NCBI GenBank assembly: GCA_032127875.1
Contig: JAQBHI010000126.1
Coordinates: 1,861-65,860, forward strand
Source: Acidobacteriota bacterium
GTDB taxonomy: Bacteria > Acidobacteriota > Vicinamibacteria > Fen-336
Length of the DNA: 64,000 bases
Reading direction: 5' to 3'
The notes beneath the pieces are model-generated. The model did not search any database. It had not been told where the DNA came from and saw only the letters and a program-made list of their open reading frames with translations. The position numbers and the translations under genes are program-made. Positions 36,152-46,729 of this stretch are shown in pieces; within the stretch, counting starts at the first letter, position 1; each line of letters begins with the position of its first letter.

Positions 36152-37685
36152 GCGTACCGCAGATCGTGGCGGCGTCGCTCGCCAGTTGCCCGGACTCGAC
36201 CAGCTCCGCGATTGCCTCGATCTCCGGCGCGAGCAGCCGGTCCTTGTCGTAGGCCGGGACCCGCGAACGGACGCGCGCGACCACGGCCTCGAGCGCCGGC
36301 GAGGTCTGCAGCGGGCGGTGGAACTCGAGCGCCTGGCAAGCCGCGAGCGCCTCGATCGCCAGGATGCGCCGGACGTTGGTCACCACCTGCGCCGCCTGGC
36401 GCGCCGCAGTGGCGCCCATCGACACGTGGTCCTCCTTGTTCGCCGAGGTGGGAATCGAGTCGACGCTGGCGGGATGCGCCAGCGACTTGTTTTCCGAGGC
36501 GAGTGCCGCGGCCGTCACGTGGGCGAGCATGAATCCCGACTGGATCCCGCCCTCGGGCGTGAGGAACGCGGGCAAGTCCGAGAGGCTTGGGTTGACGAGC
36601 CGCTCGGTGCGCCGCTCGCTGATCGCTCCCAGCTCGGCCACGGCGATCGAAAGCAGGTCGGCGGCGATCGCCACCGGCTCGCCGTGAAAGTTGCCGCCGG
36701 AGAGCAGCTCGCCGGTCTCGGCGAAGACCATCGGGTTGTCGGTGGCGCTGTTCATCTCGATGCCGATGCTGCGCGCGATGAAGCCGAGCGCGTCGCGTAC
36801 GGCGCCGTGGACCTGCGGCATGCAGCGCAGGCTATAGGCGTCCTGCACCTTGCCGCAGCCGCGGTGCGATTCGCGCAGCGGGCTGTGCGCGAGCAGCGCC
36901 CGCAGGTTCGTGGCCGAATCCGCCTGGCCAGGATGCGGCCGCGCCGCCTGGATCCGCACGTCGAAGGCGACGTCGGTGCCCTTCAAGGTGTCCAGCGTGA
37001 GCGCGCCCACGACGTCGGCGGTGCGGGCCAGACGCAGGCTTTCGGCGAGCGCCAGGCCGGCGACGGCCGTCATGAGCTGCGTGCCGTTGATCAGCGCCAG
37101 GCCCTCCTTGGCCTGCAGCTCGACCGGCGCGAGCCCCGCGCCGCGCAGCGCCTCGGCCGAGCCCAGCTCGCGCCCCTGGAAGCGGCTCCGACCCTCGCCC
37201 ACTAGGGCCACGGCCAGGTGCGCGAGTGGCGCCAGATCGCCACTGGCGCCGACGGAACCTTGCGAGGGAACGACTGGATGTACGCCGCGGTTGAGCATCG
37301 CGATCAGCAGCTCGAGCGTCTCCAGCCGGACACCGCTGAAGCCCTTCGCGAGCACGTTGGCGCGCAGCAGCATCAGCCCACGCGTCTGGGCTTCGCTCAG
37401 GGGCGGACCCACGCCGGCGGAATGGCTACGCAGCAGATTGAGCTGCAGCTCCTTCAGGCGGCTGCCGGGGATCACGACTTCGGCGAAGTTGCCGAAACCG
37501 GTGGTGACACCGTAGACCACGCGGCCGGCGCTGACGGCATCGTCGACCACCCGGCGCGCCTTCAGCACCGCCGCTCGGGCGTTCGGCGCGAGCGCCACGC
37601 CCTGGCGCCGCAAGGCCACCTGTTCCAGGTCCTCGAGGGTGAGGCTGTGGCCGTCCAGTGCGAGAGCTTCGCCGGAGATCGTCAT
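36144..37685 (-). CDS. hutH: histidine ammonia-lyase
   Basis: MIO-forming ASG motif context (GSVGASGDLAPLAH). 513 aa from ATG 37683-37685. Confidence 0.85.
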   Translation of the reverse strand: MTISGEALALDGHSLTLEDLEQVALRRQGVALAPNARAAVLKARRVVDDAVSAGRVVYGVTTGFGNFAEVVIPGSRLKELQLNLLRSHSAGVGPPLSEAQTRGLMLLRANVLAKGFSGVRLETLELLIAMLNRGVHPVVPSQGSVGASGDLAPLAHLAVALVGEGRSRFQGRELGSAEALRGAGLAPVELQAKEGLALINGTQLMTAVAGLALAESLRLARTADVVGALTLDTLKGTDVAFDVRIQAARPHPGQADSATNLRALLAHSPLRESHRGCGKVQDAYSLRCMPQVHGAVRDALGFIARSIGIEMNSATDNPMVFAETGELLSGGNFHGEPVAIAADLLSIAVAELGAISERRTERLVNPSLSDLPAFLTPEGGIQSGFMLAHVTAAALASENKSLAHPASVDSIPTSANKEDHVSMGATAARQAAQVVTNVRRILAIEALAACQALEFHRPLQTSPALEAVVARVRSRVPAYDKDRLLAPEIEAIAELVESGQLASDAATICGTLV

Positions 37686-37773
37686 CAGCGGGGGCGGCAA
37701 ATATATATCACCTTGCGGGTATCTGGGACCGGCGGCTAGAATGCGCCGTTTCAACCAGTCCCGAAAGGAGTCG

Positions 37774-39078
<1,305 letters not shown>

Positions 39079-39121
39079 CCGCCCGCGGGCGGCGTGCTAC
39101 CATTTCCAGATTCTTGCGAGA

Positions 39122-39195
39122 GCGCCCGTAGCTCGAAGGTCGAGCGAGAGGCTTTTAACCTCTGGGCGAGGGTTCGATTCCCTCCGGGCGCACCA
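39122..39195 (+). tRNA. tRNA-Lys (anticodon UUU)
   Basis: Manual cloverleaf: acceptor GCGCCCG/CGGGCGC; D-arm GCTC-GAAGGTC-GAGC; anticodon stem AGAGG/CCTCT with loop CTTTTAA; T-arm GAGGG-TTCGATT-CCCTC; 3' A-CCA encoded. Confidence 0.85.
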
Positions 39196-39236
39196 TGTCT
39201 TTTCTGAAGTTGGCCTGTCGCGGGAGGTCGCCGAGC

Positions 39237-39270
39237 GAGCCGGCTTACATGCCGGCTCCTTTCTGGTTAG
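39237..39270 (+). terminator. possible terminator hairpin (AGCCGGC-ttacat-GCCGGCT) followed by a T-rich tract after the tRNA
   Basis: 7-bp inverted repeat followed by cctttctggtt. Confidence 0.25.
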
Positions 39271-39286
39271 TCTGGCGCTCCGCTGT

Positions 39287-41428
39287 CTATCGTGCTGGAC
39301 TCGGCGGCAGGGCGTCGGCGGCCCTCTGGAGGAGCGCTGTATTGCGCGCGATGGCTTCGGCCACGAGCGAGGTTTGTTCACGTGCCAGCGGCCAGTCAGC
39401 CTGCTCGGCCGCCTCGGTGATACCCGGCAGCGTCATCGCAGCGTAGGTGTAGCGCGGAGCAAACAGCAGGTGCTTGAACCAGGGCCGCCCCGGGATGCCC
39501 CCGGGTGAGAGCCAGTTGCGTTCGAATTGCCGAAGCGCATCGTTGACGCGGGCAGTTTGCTCGGCGCTCAAGGCTCCGCCCAGGAGACCGGCCGCGACAC
39601 GCTGGTTCAGGCGGCGCCCAGCGCCCTGAAGCGCCTGGGCGTGACTCGCCAGCCCCGCCAGGTCGAGCTCGGCGCTTGCACCCTTGATTTCGGCGAGGGC
39701 CGTGACGAATGTGCCGAGAGCTGTCGCATAGGCCTCGGCGTCGAGTGGCGGCACTTCGGCATTCGCCAGGCGCAGGGCCATCGAGCCCCAGAGCTGCGAC
39801 ATCAGGACGTGGTATTTGAAGCCCGGATCGCCGATCCGCGACACCCAGTAGTGGTCGTCGTAGGCGGAATGGTAGACGCCGTAGGGACCGTCGAAGCCCA
39901 TCTCGACGACCGGAAGCCCCAGGAAATTCAGGAAGACCGTGTGGTCGGAGCCGCTGCCGATACGGGTCTTGACGAGCGCGGGCTGCTCGTCCGTCTTCGC
40001 GTCCGCCTTCTCCGATCGCGTCCAGGCCTCGAACAGCGAGACGCCTGAGGGGTCCGAGAGCTCACGCGTCAGCTCGACGATCATCGGCGCGAGCGAGCCC
40101 TGTGCGCTCACGCTGAGGTTGGGGCCGGAAGACGCGGAGTCGACGTTCAGATACGCGACGGCCTTCTGCTGGAGAGCGTCTGCGAACTGCTCGCCCCACT
40201 CGGTCGAGCCCGTGAGCGTCACCTCCTCGCCGTCCCAACTGCAGAAGACCAGCGTGCGCCTGGGCCGCGTGCCTTCTTGCTTCAGCAGTCCAAGGGCCCG
40301 TGTCATCTCCATCATCGCCGCCGTTCCGCTGGAAGGATCGACCCCGCCGAACACCCAGGCGTCGCGGTGATTGCCGAGCACGACCCACTCATCGGGGTTG
40401 TCGCTGCCACGAATCCGACCCTCGACCACGAGGTTGGGCTGGATGTCCGTCTGCATCTCGACCTTGACGTGGAGTTTCGCCGCTTCGCCGCCGAGGCGGT
40501 ACGCGATCGGCAACGCGCCCTTCCATTCCTTCGGGGCTTCGGGGCCGCCCAGCGCCTCGAGGATCGGCTGGACGTCGCGATGCGACATCGGAACGGCGAT
40601 CAGCTTGGGCACGGAGGCCGCTTCTGCGATCGGGATCCGTCGCGCGCCGGGCAGCGAGGCCCAGCCCGGCGTCAGCGGATCTCCCGGCACGATGAAGTCG
40701 AAGGCGATGCCGCCGCGCTGGAGGTGGCTCGCCGGGCCCCACGGGCCCTTGGGGAACACCTCGCCGCGGCCGTAGCCGTCCTCGGCCGGATCGGAGTAGA
40801 CGATCATCGCCAGGGCGCCCTCGCGCTGGGCGGTGAGCGCCTTGAAGCCACGGTAACTGTACGGGTTCGAGTAGCGGACGATCACGATTTTGCCGCGCGG
40901 CTCGATGCCCTTGCTGCGCAGCAGTGCGTAGTCCGCAGGATTGCCGCTGTTTGCGTAGACCGCTGGCGCGGTGACGTCGCCCGAGGCGGAGAACGACAGC
41001 CAAGCGCCGCTGATGTCCAAGCGCTGGGAGTCGGGGTCCTCGGGGACCGGGTCCTCGCGCAGGCTGGGCGTGTAGGCGTGGGGCGCGAGCATCTCGACCT
41101 TGACCTCCCGCGGGTTGGACGAAAGCACGTCGTAGCGTCGGATCACGACGTCCTCGAGCCCCTGCAGGCGCCACTGTTCCGCGACGTAGTCCGCGAGATG
41201 GTTGTTGCGCTTGGAGGTGGCGACGTGCGGCTCGGCCGTGAAGTAGCGATGCCAGGCGCGCGCGCGCTCGGCGTCGGGGAGCTCGCGGAAACGACGCTCG
41301 ATCGCGCGCTCGAGATGCGCGGCGTGTGGTGAGTATCCGCGCAACGGCGTCGGCTCGGTGGCCGGCGCCGAGGCGCCGTGCGTGAGAAGTACGACGCCGA
41401 ACAGTAGACACGCGGATCGAGGTCGCAT
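39287..41428 (-). CDS. M28-family peptidase (PSMA / transferrin-receptor-like; PA, M28 and TFR-dimer domains), secreted
   Basis: Signal peptide from MRPRSACLLFGVVLL. Family-like layout over 714 aa. Confidence 0.75.
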   Translation of the reverse strand: MRPRSACLLFGVVLLTHGASAPATEPTPLRGYSPHAAHLERAIERRFRELPDAERARAWHRYFTAEPHVATSKRNNHLADYVAEQWRLQGLEDVVIRRYDVLSSNPREVKVEMLAPHAYTPSLREDPVPEDPDSQRLDISGAWLSFSASGDVTAPAVYANSGNPADYALLRSKGIEPRGKIVIVRYSNPYSYRGFKALTAQREGALAMIVYSDPAEDGYGRGEVFPKGPWGPASHLQRGGIAFDFIVPGDPLTPGWASLPGARRIPIAEAASVPKLIAVPMSHRDVQPILEALGGPEAPKEWKGALPIAYRLGGEAAKLHVKVEMQTDIQPNLVVEGRIRGSDNPDEWVVLGNHRDAWVFGGVDPSSGTAAMMEMTRALGLLKQEGTRPRRTLVFCSWDGEEVTLTGSTEWGEQFADALQQKAVAYLNVDSASSGPNLSVSAQGSLAPMIVELTRELSDPSGVSLFEAWTRSEKADAKTDEQPALVKTRIGSGSDHTVFLNFLGLPVVEMGFDGPYGVYHSAYDDHYWVSRIGDPGFKYHVLMSQLWGSMALRLANAEVPPLDAEAYATALGTFVTALAEIKGASAELDLAGLASHAQALQGAGRRLNQRVAAGLLGGALSAEQTARVNDALRQFERNWLSPGGIPGRPWFKHLLFAPRYTYAAMTLPGITEAAEQADWPLAREQTSLVAEAIARNTALLQRAADALPPSPAR

Positions 41429-41489
41429 ATGGCCGGAAGAATAGCCGTGGCGGCGGCGGTCGTTCAAGCTGCGGTATAAACTCGAAGTC

Positions 41490-42152
41490 ATGAAGCTCGC
41501 GTTCGGCGTGTTGATCCTGGCGCTCGCCGCGCCGCCGCAAACGCCGCAGCATGGCCATGGCGATCGCTTCGGCAATCCCTCGAACCTCGACGCTTACATC
41601 GCGGCTCTCGAGGATCCGGCGCGCGATGCCTGGCAAAAGCCGGACGCCGTGCTGAAGGCGCTCGGCCTCGCCCCCGGGCAGACCGCCTGCGACATCGGCG
41701 CGGGCCCCGGGTACTTCTCGCTGCGGCTCGCGAAGGCGGTCGGCCCGACCGGTCACGTGTGGGCCGTGGACGTCGAGCCGGTGATCCTGGCGGCGCTGCG
41801 CGAGCGCGTGGAGCAGGCGGGGATCAGGAACCTGACTCCGGTGCTCGCGATCGCAAGGGATCCGCTGCTGCCGCCTTCGGCGTGTGACCTCGCCCTGATC
41901 GTGAACACCTACCATCATTTTCAGGACGGCCCCGACTACCTGCGGCGACTCGCCCAGGCGCTTAGGCCCGGCGGCCGGATCGTCAACATCGACTACCAGA
42001 AGAAGGAAACACCGGTCGGCCCGCCGCAGTCGCACCGCATCTCGCGCGAGGAGTTCCTGGCCGACGCCGCGCGGGCGGGTCTAACCCGGGTCGAGGAGCC
42101 GGAGCTGTTGCCCTATCAATACGTCGTCGTTCTGAAATTGCGCGCGCACTGA
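41490..42152 (+). CDS. class I SAM-dependent methyltransferase with signal peptide
   Basis: Motif I (ACDIGAGPGYFSLRLA). Confidence 0.7.
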   Translation: MKLAFGVLILALAAPPQTPQHGHGDRFGNPSNLDAYIAALEDPARDAWQKPDAVLKALGLAPGQTACDIGAGPGYFSLRLAKAVGPTGHVWAVDVEPVILAALRERVEQAGIRNLTPVLAIARDPLLPPSACDLALIVNTYHHFQDGPDYLRRLAQALRPGGRIVNIDYQKKETPVGPPQSHRISREEFLADAARAGLTRVEEPELLPYQYVVVLKLRAH

Positions 42153-42413
42153 CGTGCTGCTCGTGACCATCGCTCTCGCAATCGCCGCCGACGCCTCGCT
42201 TTGCGTGGCCCGCCCGGGCGAAATCGCCGACAAGGTCGCCTACGCCTGCGGCCGTCGAGCGTCAGATAGGCGTCGAGGATCGACTCCGCGGTGAAGTCAC
42301 AGACCTGTCGAGATGGCCCTCGGACACCGACTCGGAACTGAGCGTCCAGTGGCGCTGCGTTTCCGACCGTTCCCTCGGGTGCGCGGGCTTGGCGGCGGCG
42401 TTCGTGGCCAGCT

Positions 42414-42644
42414 TCAGGCCGCGACCGGGGCGGAGCGGCTCATGCCCAGGCGCAGCGACAGCGTGCACTCGCGCCGGTGCGGATACTCGGCCAGCAGCGC
42501 GTCGCGGCGGCGGCGGGCCTCCGCGAGGTCCGCCGTGCCGAGCGAGAGCCGGATGCGTTCCTTCTGCCAGCCGGGTAGATGAACGGTGAAAGCCACCCAG
42601 TAGAGGCGGCCGTTGCGCCATAAGTGATGGTTGGGATCGGGCAC
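42414..42644 (-). pseudogene. lambda-Int-type integrase N-terminal arm-binding domain fragment (~76 aa; no catalytic domain follows)
   Basis: HHLWRNGRLYWVAFTVHLPGWQKERIRLSLGTADLAEARRRRDALLAEY matches the lambda Int arm-type DNA-binding domain pattern (LY.R.NG.YY.R.P..GK...LG.D...A). GAGGAG SD before GTG 42642-42644. Confidence 0.4.
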
Positions 42645-42887
42645 GGTGGTCTTCTCCTCTCGAAGAAGACAACCGGAGACGCGGGGCCGCCGCGCCGGAC
42701 ACTTCACTTGCCTCGGCTGCGCTCGAGGCCACATCTTCCAGCCTGGCCACGCGGCCGGCTGGAACGGCACCTTGGGATGTCCGCCCAGGTTGCCGGGCCC
42801 GCAAACGGCGGGTCACTCCGGATGTCGAGAAGAAATATGCACCCGTCGAGCCGCTGATGCAAGCGGCGGCTGTGTCATAGGGGAGGC

Positions 42888-43103
42888 CTATTCGAGCAGG
42901 ACCCAGAGCAGGCCGAGGGTCACCAGGCTCAGCAAGGCGCCGAGGCTCCACAGGCCGGTCGCCGGAGCCGTGACGGCCTCGTGGGCGCGCTTTCGCTCGG
43001 CCTTGCTTGCGCCGCAAACGCAGCACTCGCTCCGGCGCGGCACCCGCTCCTGGCAACGGGGACAGATCCAGTAGTAGCGGCGTGAGCCGCGCGCCTCGTC
43101 CAT
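42888..43103 (-). CDS. small zinc-ribbon protein with C-terminal TM helix (71 aa)
   Basis: CPRC...CCVCG cysteine pairs, followed by LWSLGALLSLVTLGLLWVLL. Confidence 0.3.
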   Translation of the reverse strand: MDEARGSRRYYWICPRCQERVPRRSECCVCGASKAERKRAHEAVTAPATGLWSLGALLSLVTLGLLWVLLE

Positions 43104-43107
43104 TCGC

Positions 43108-43571
43108 TTATCCAAGCCGACGTGGCCCGGTCTTTGGGAGGGAATGCGTGTTTGTAACACACTCGGTTCGCAAGGCACAACTGCTCCATCCGGCGCGGCG
43201 CATCGATTCGCAGAGTCCCCAGAGTTCCTCTTCGCCCTTGCCGCGAAACGAGCAGGGCGTTCGCCTTGCGCTTGCCGACGAAGGCGGCGTCGAGGCCCGC
43301 AGCCCCGGGGCGGCGGCGAGCCAGAGGGCGCTGTCGGCGCCTTCCGCGGGCGTGTTGGTGAAGAGCCGGGCGTAGGCGGAGGCAGCCCGGGCGGCGAAGC
43401 CGCCGGCCTTGGCGAACAACTCCGTGTCGACGCCACCGGGGTGGATTGCGTTGGCGGTGACTCCGCTGCCCGAGAGGCGTCGCGCGAGCGCCCAGGTGAG
43501 CCGCCGATACCTGCGCTGGCGCTGGTCACGAGCATGGTTTTCCCGCGCAGGTCGGCGGCTATCGGCGTCAC
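43108..43571 (-). pseudogene. short-chain dehydrogenase/reductase remnant: N-terminal Rossmann motif in one frame, C-terminal ...VNAIHPG... region in another, with ~130 codons missing between them
   Basis: Frame A reads LRGKTMLVTSASAGIG. Frame B reads YRRLTWALARRLSGSGVTANAIHPGGVDTELF. The junction is at ~43500-43515. Confidence 0.45.
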
Positions 43572-43622
43572 GCTCGCGGATCCTAGCTTGACTCACGCGC
43601 CTGGCGTCCGCGACGATGGGCC

Positions 43623-44186
43623 ATGAACGTCAAGATCCTGGGGATTGCCGGGAGCCTCCGCACGAAATCCTACAACCGGGCGCTGCTGCGTGCCGCGATC
43701 GAGGTCGCCCCCGCCGGGATGCAACTCACCAGCTTCGAGATCGCCGGGCTCCCCTTGTACAACGCCGATCTGGAGAGCGCAGGGGTGCCGGAGCCCGTGA
43801 CGGCGTTGAAGGCGGCGATCGCAGCCGCCGACGGGCTGCTGATCGTCACGCCCGAGTACAACTATGGCGTGCCGGGCGTGCTGAAGAACGCCATCGACTG
43901 GGCCTCGCGGGCGGCCAAGGGCGAGAAGCCGGTGATGAATGGGAAAGCTGCCGGCATTCTCGGCGCGTCGCCCGGCATGACTGGAACCGCGCGCGCCCAG
44001 GCCCAGCTGCGCCAGGCATTCGTCTTCACGCAGACATACGCGCTGCAAGGACCGGAGTTCCTGGTCGCGAGCGCCCACGAAAAATTCGACGCCGAGGGGC
44101 GGCTCAGCGACCCTCCGACGCGGGAGCGTCTCGTGAAATACCTGGAGTCGCTCGCGGCCTGGACCGAGAGGCTGCGCGGATGGTGA
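43623..44186 (+). CDS. NADPH-dependent FMN reductase (ChrR/ArsH-like flavoprotein)
   Basis: MNVKILGIAGSLRTKSYNRALL...IVTPEYNYGVPGVLKNAIDW. Confidence 0.8.
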   Translation: MNVKILGIAGSLRTKSYNRALLRAAIEVAPAGMQLTSFEIAGLPLYNADLESAGVPEPVTALKAAIAAADGLLIVTPEYNYGVPGVLKNAIDWASRAAKGEKPVMNGKAAGILGASPGMTGTARAQAQLRQAFVFTQTYALQGPEFLVASAHEKFDAEGRLSDPPTRERLVKYLESLAAWTERLRGW

Positions 44187-45037
44187 AACTGCGCAGCGTC
44201 GCCCGCGTCGTGCTCGCTCGCGACACTTCCGATGGCGCCGGCGTCAAGCTTCGGCGCAGCCTCGGCGGCCCCGAACTGGATGCGGCCGATCCCTTCCTGC
44301 TGTTGGACGAATTCCGCTCGGAGAGCGGCGACGACTACGTGGCCGGGTTTCCCGATCACCCGCACCGCGGCTTCGAGACGGTAACCTACATGCTCGCCGG
44401 TGTGATGCGCCACGAGGACCACAGTGGAAACCGCGGCGAGCTGGTGCCGGGGAGCGTGCAGTGGATGACGGCCGGGCGCGGCATCATCCACTCGGAGATG
44501 CCCCAGCAACGCGACGGCCTGTTGTGGGGCTTCCAGTTGTGGGTGAACCTGCCGGCGAAGGACAAGATGACGGCGCCGCGCTACCAGGAGTTCGCGCCGG
44601 ACAAGATCCCCGTCGTGAAGCGCGCCGACGGCGCGACGGTGCGGGTCGTGGCGGGCGAGTCTGAAGGAGTCCGAGGCGCGGTCGTGGGCATCGCGACCAG
44701 GCCGCTCTACCTCGACGTGAGCCTGCCGGCGGGCCGGAGCTTCGAGCAGGCGACTCCGCAGGCTCATACCGGCCTGGTGTACGTCTTCGAGGGCGAGGGC
44801 GAAGTGGGGGTGGGGGACGCGAGCGCGGGCAAGCAGATGACATCCGGCCAGCTTGGCGTGCTGAGCGACGGTGAGGCGCTGCGCGTCGTGGCCCGGGAGC
44901 GCAGCCTGCGCTTCCTGCTCCTGGCCGCCCAGCCGTTGCACGAACCGGTGGTTCGTTATGGCCCGTTCGTGATGAACACACGCGAGGAGATCCACCAGGC
45001 CATCCGCGACTTCCGAAGCGGCGCGCTCGGAGGCTGA
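44180..45037 (+). CDS. pirin family protein
   Basis: HPHRGFETVTYMLAG cupin motif and two-cupin length. Confidence 0.8.
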   Translation: MVKLRSVARVVLARDTSDGAGVKLRRSLGGPELDAADPFLLLDEFRSESGDDYVAGFPDHPHRGFETVTYMLAGVMRHEDHSGNRGELVPGSVQWMTAGRGIIHSEMPQQRDGLLWGFQLWVNLPAKDKMTAPRYQEFAPDKIPVVKRADGATVRVVAGESEGVRGAVVGIATRPLYLDVSLPAGRSFEQATPQAHTGLVYVFEGEGEVGVGDASAGKQMTSGQLGVLSDGEALRVVARERSLRFLLLAAQPLHEPVVRYGPFVMNTREEIHQAIRDFRSGALGG

Positions 45038-45087
45038 GGCTGGAGCCAGCGGCGGCGTGGCTGGTCCAGAACGCTGAGCTGCTGCCG

Positions 45088-45543
45088 ATGCGAGGTCTGG
45101 CGCTCGATGTCGCCTGCGGCTCGGGCCGCAACGCGCTCTGGCTCGCCCAGCGCGGCTTGGACGTGCTCGGCCTCGACCGTGACGCGTCGCGACTCGAAGT
45201 GCTCCGAGGTCTGGCCGCAGCGCGCAGCCTGCCGCTGCGGACGGGGCTCGTCGATCTGGAAGCCGGCAGGGACATCGGCCACGGCCAGTACGCCGTGATC
45301 GTCGTCTTCAACTACCTCCAGCGTCCCCTCTTTCCAGCGATCAGGCGCGCGCTCGCGCCCGAGGGACTGCTGGTCTACGAGACCTTCACCACGGCGCATG
45401 CCGCGCGCGGCAAGCCGACCAACCCGGATTTCCTGCTGAGGCCGGGCGAACTACTGGAGCGCGTCGCCTCGCTCCAGGTCCTCCGCCACCGCGAAGGTGA
45501 TTTCGAAGGCCGAAGCCTGGCGTCGGTGGTCGCCCGCCGCTAA
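45088..45543 (+). CDS. small class I SAM-dependent methyltransferase
   Basis: ALDVACGSGRNALWLA motif I. The start may lie upstream. Confidence 0.6.
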   Translation: MRGLALDVACGSGRNALWLAQRGLDVLGLDRDASRLEVLRGLAAARSLPLRTGLVDLEAGRDIGHGQYAVIVVFNYLQRPLFPAIRRALAPEGLLVYETFTTAHAARGKPTNPDFLLRPGELLERVASLQVLRHREGDFEGRSLASVVARR

Positions 45544-46541
45544 GCCAAAAGCACGATCTTGCCGACGACCTCGTTGGACTCGAGCAGCGCGTGGGCGGCC
45601 GCGGCCTCGGCGAGCGGAAACGTCGCATGGATCTTCGGGCGAAGCTCTCCGGCTTCGAGCAGCGGCCAGACGCGCACCCGAAGCGCCGCCGCGATGGCGC
45701 CTTTCTCGGCGACGCTGCGCGGGCGCAGCGTCGAGCCCGTCACCGTCAGGCGCTTGCGCATCAGCGCATCCAGGTCCAGCTCCGCCCTGGCGCCGCGCAG
45801 ATACGCGATCTGCACGAGCCGACCGCCCTCGGCGAGGGCGGCGATGTTGCGCGGCAGGTAGTCGCCGCCGACCATGTCCAGGATCACGTCGACGCCCTTG
45901 CCGCCGGTCAAATCGCGCGTCACAGCGACGAAGTCTTCGAGGTTGCGGTCGATGCCACGTTCGGCTCCGAGCTTTTCGCAGGCTCGGCAGCGATCGGCCG
46001 AGCCCGCGGTTGCGAGGACCCGGGCGCCGAAGGCGCGCGCCATGGAGATCGCCGTCGTGCCGATGCCGCTGGCGCCGCCGTGCACGAGGAAGGCTTCGCC
46101 GGCCGTCAGCCGGCCGCGCTCGAAGACGTTCGTCCATACGGTGAAGAAGGTCTCGGGCAGCGCCGCCGCCGCCAGCGCGTCGTAACCGCGTGGGATCGGC
46201 AGGCACTGCGGCGCCGGGGCCACCGCGTACTGGGCGTAGCCGCCCCCCGCCAGCAGTGCCGTCACGCGATCGCCCGTGCGCCAGGGCGCGGCGGCCGTCC
46301 CGAGCGCGACGATCTCGCCTGCGACCTCGAGGCCCGGGATGTCGCTGGCGCCCGGCGGCGGCGAATACAGGCCGCGACGCTGCAGGACATCGGGTCGATT
46401 GACGCCGGCGGCCTCGACGCGGATCAAGACCTCGCCGGCGTGAGGCTCGGGCACCGCCCGCGTGGTGACCCGCAGCACTTCGGGCCCGCCGGGGCTCACC
46501 ACTTCGATCGCGCGCATCGCGGCCGGCACGGAGAGCGTCAT
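45540..46541 (-). CDS. NAD(P)H:quinone oxidoreductase (zinc-type ADH/MDR superfamily)
   Basis: MDR pattern including the GGASGIGTTAI nucleotide-binding loop. Confidence 0.8.
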   Translation of the reverse strand: MTLSVPAAMRAIEVVSPGGPEVLRVTTRAVPEPHAGEVLIRVEAAGVNRPDVLQRRGLYSPPPGASDIPGLEVAGEIVALGTAAAPWRTGDRVTALLAGGGYAQYAVAPAPQCLPIPRGYDALAAAALPETFFTVWTNVFERGRLTAGEAFLVHGGASGIGTTAISMARAFGARVLATAGSADRCRACEKLGAERGIDRNLEDFVAVTRDLTGGKGVDVILDMVGGDYLPRNIAALAEGGRLVQIAYLRGARAELDLDALMRKRLTVTGSTLRPRSVAEKGAIAAALRVRVWPLLEAGELRPKIHATFPLAEAAAAHALLESNEVVGKIVLLA

Positions 46542-46729
46542 GCCTGCTCGTGCTTCGCTCGAGGCGCGGCCGCCTGGATCCGGATCAGGCGCTCGTATAC
46601 CAGCCCGATCGGGTGCAGCCCGTCCTCCCAGCGCGCGATGGTGCGCGGCGACACGCCGATGCGCCGTGCGAAGTCGCGCTGCGAAAAGCCGAGCTCGGCA
46701 CGGATCGCGCGCAACTCGTGGCCGGTCAT
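46538..46729 (-). CDS. XRE-family helix-turn-helix transcriptional regulator (63 aa)
   Basis: LRAIRAELGFSQRDFARRIGVSPRTIARWE HTH. 4-nt overlaps on both sides. Confidence 0.7.
   Translation of the reverse strand: MTGHELRAIRAELGFSQRDFARRIGVSPRTIARWEDGLHPIGLVYERLIRIQAAAPRAKHEQA

Noticed and set aside
42600-43700. attR-like direct repeat of the tRNA-Lys 3' end
   Set aside because: No convincing copy of GGTTCGATTCCCTCCGGGCGCACCA was found by eye. The island boundary therefore remains inferred.
44461-45311. 275-aa minus-strand ORF and others antisense to the pirin and methyltransferase genes
   Set aside because: Pro/Arg/Ser-rich, antisense to two well-supported genes.
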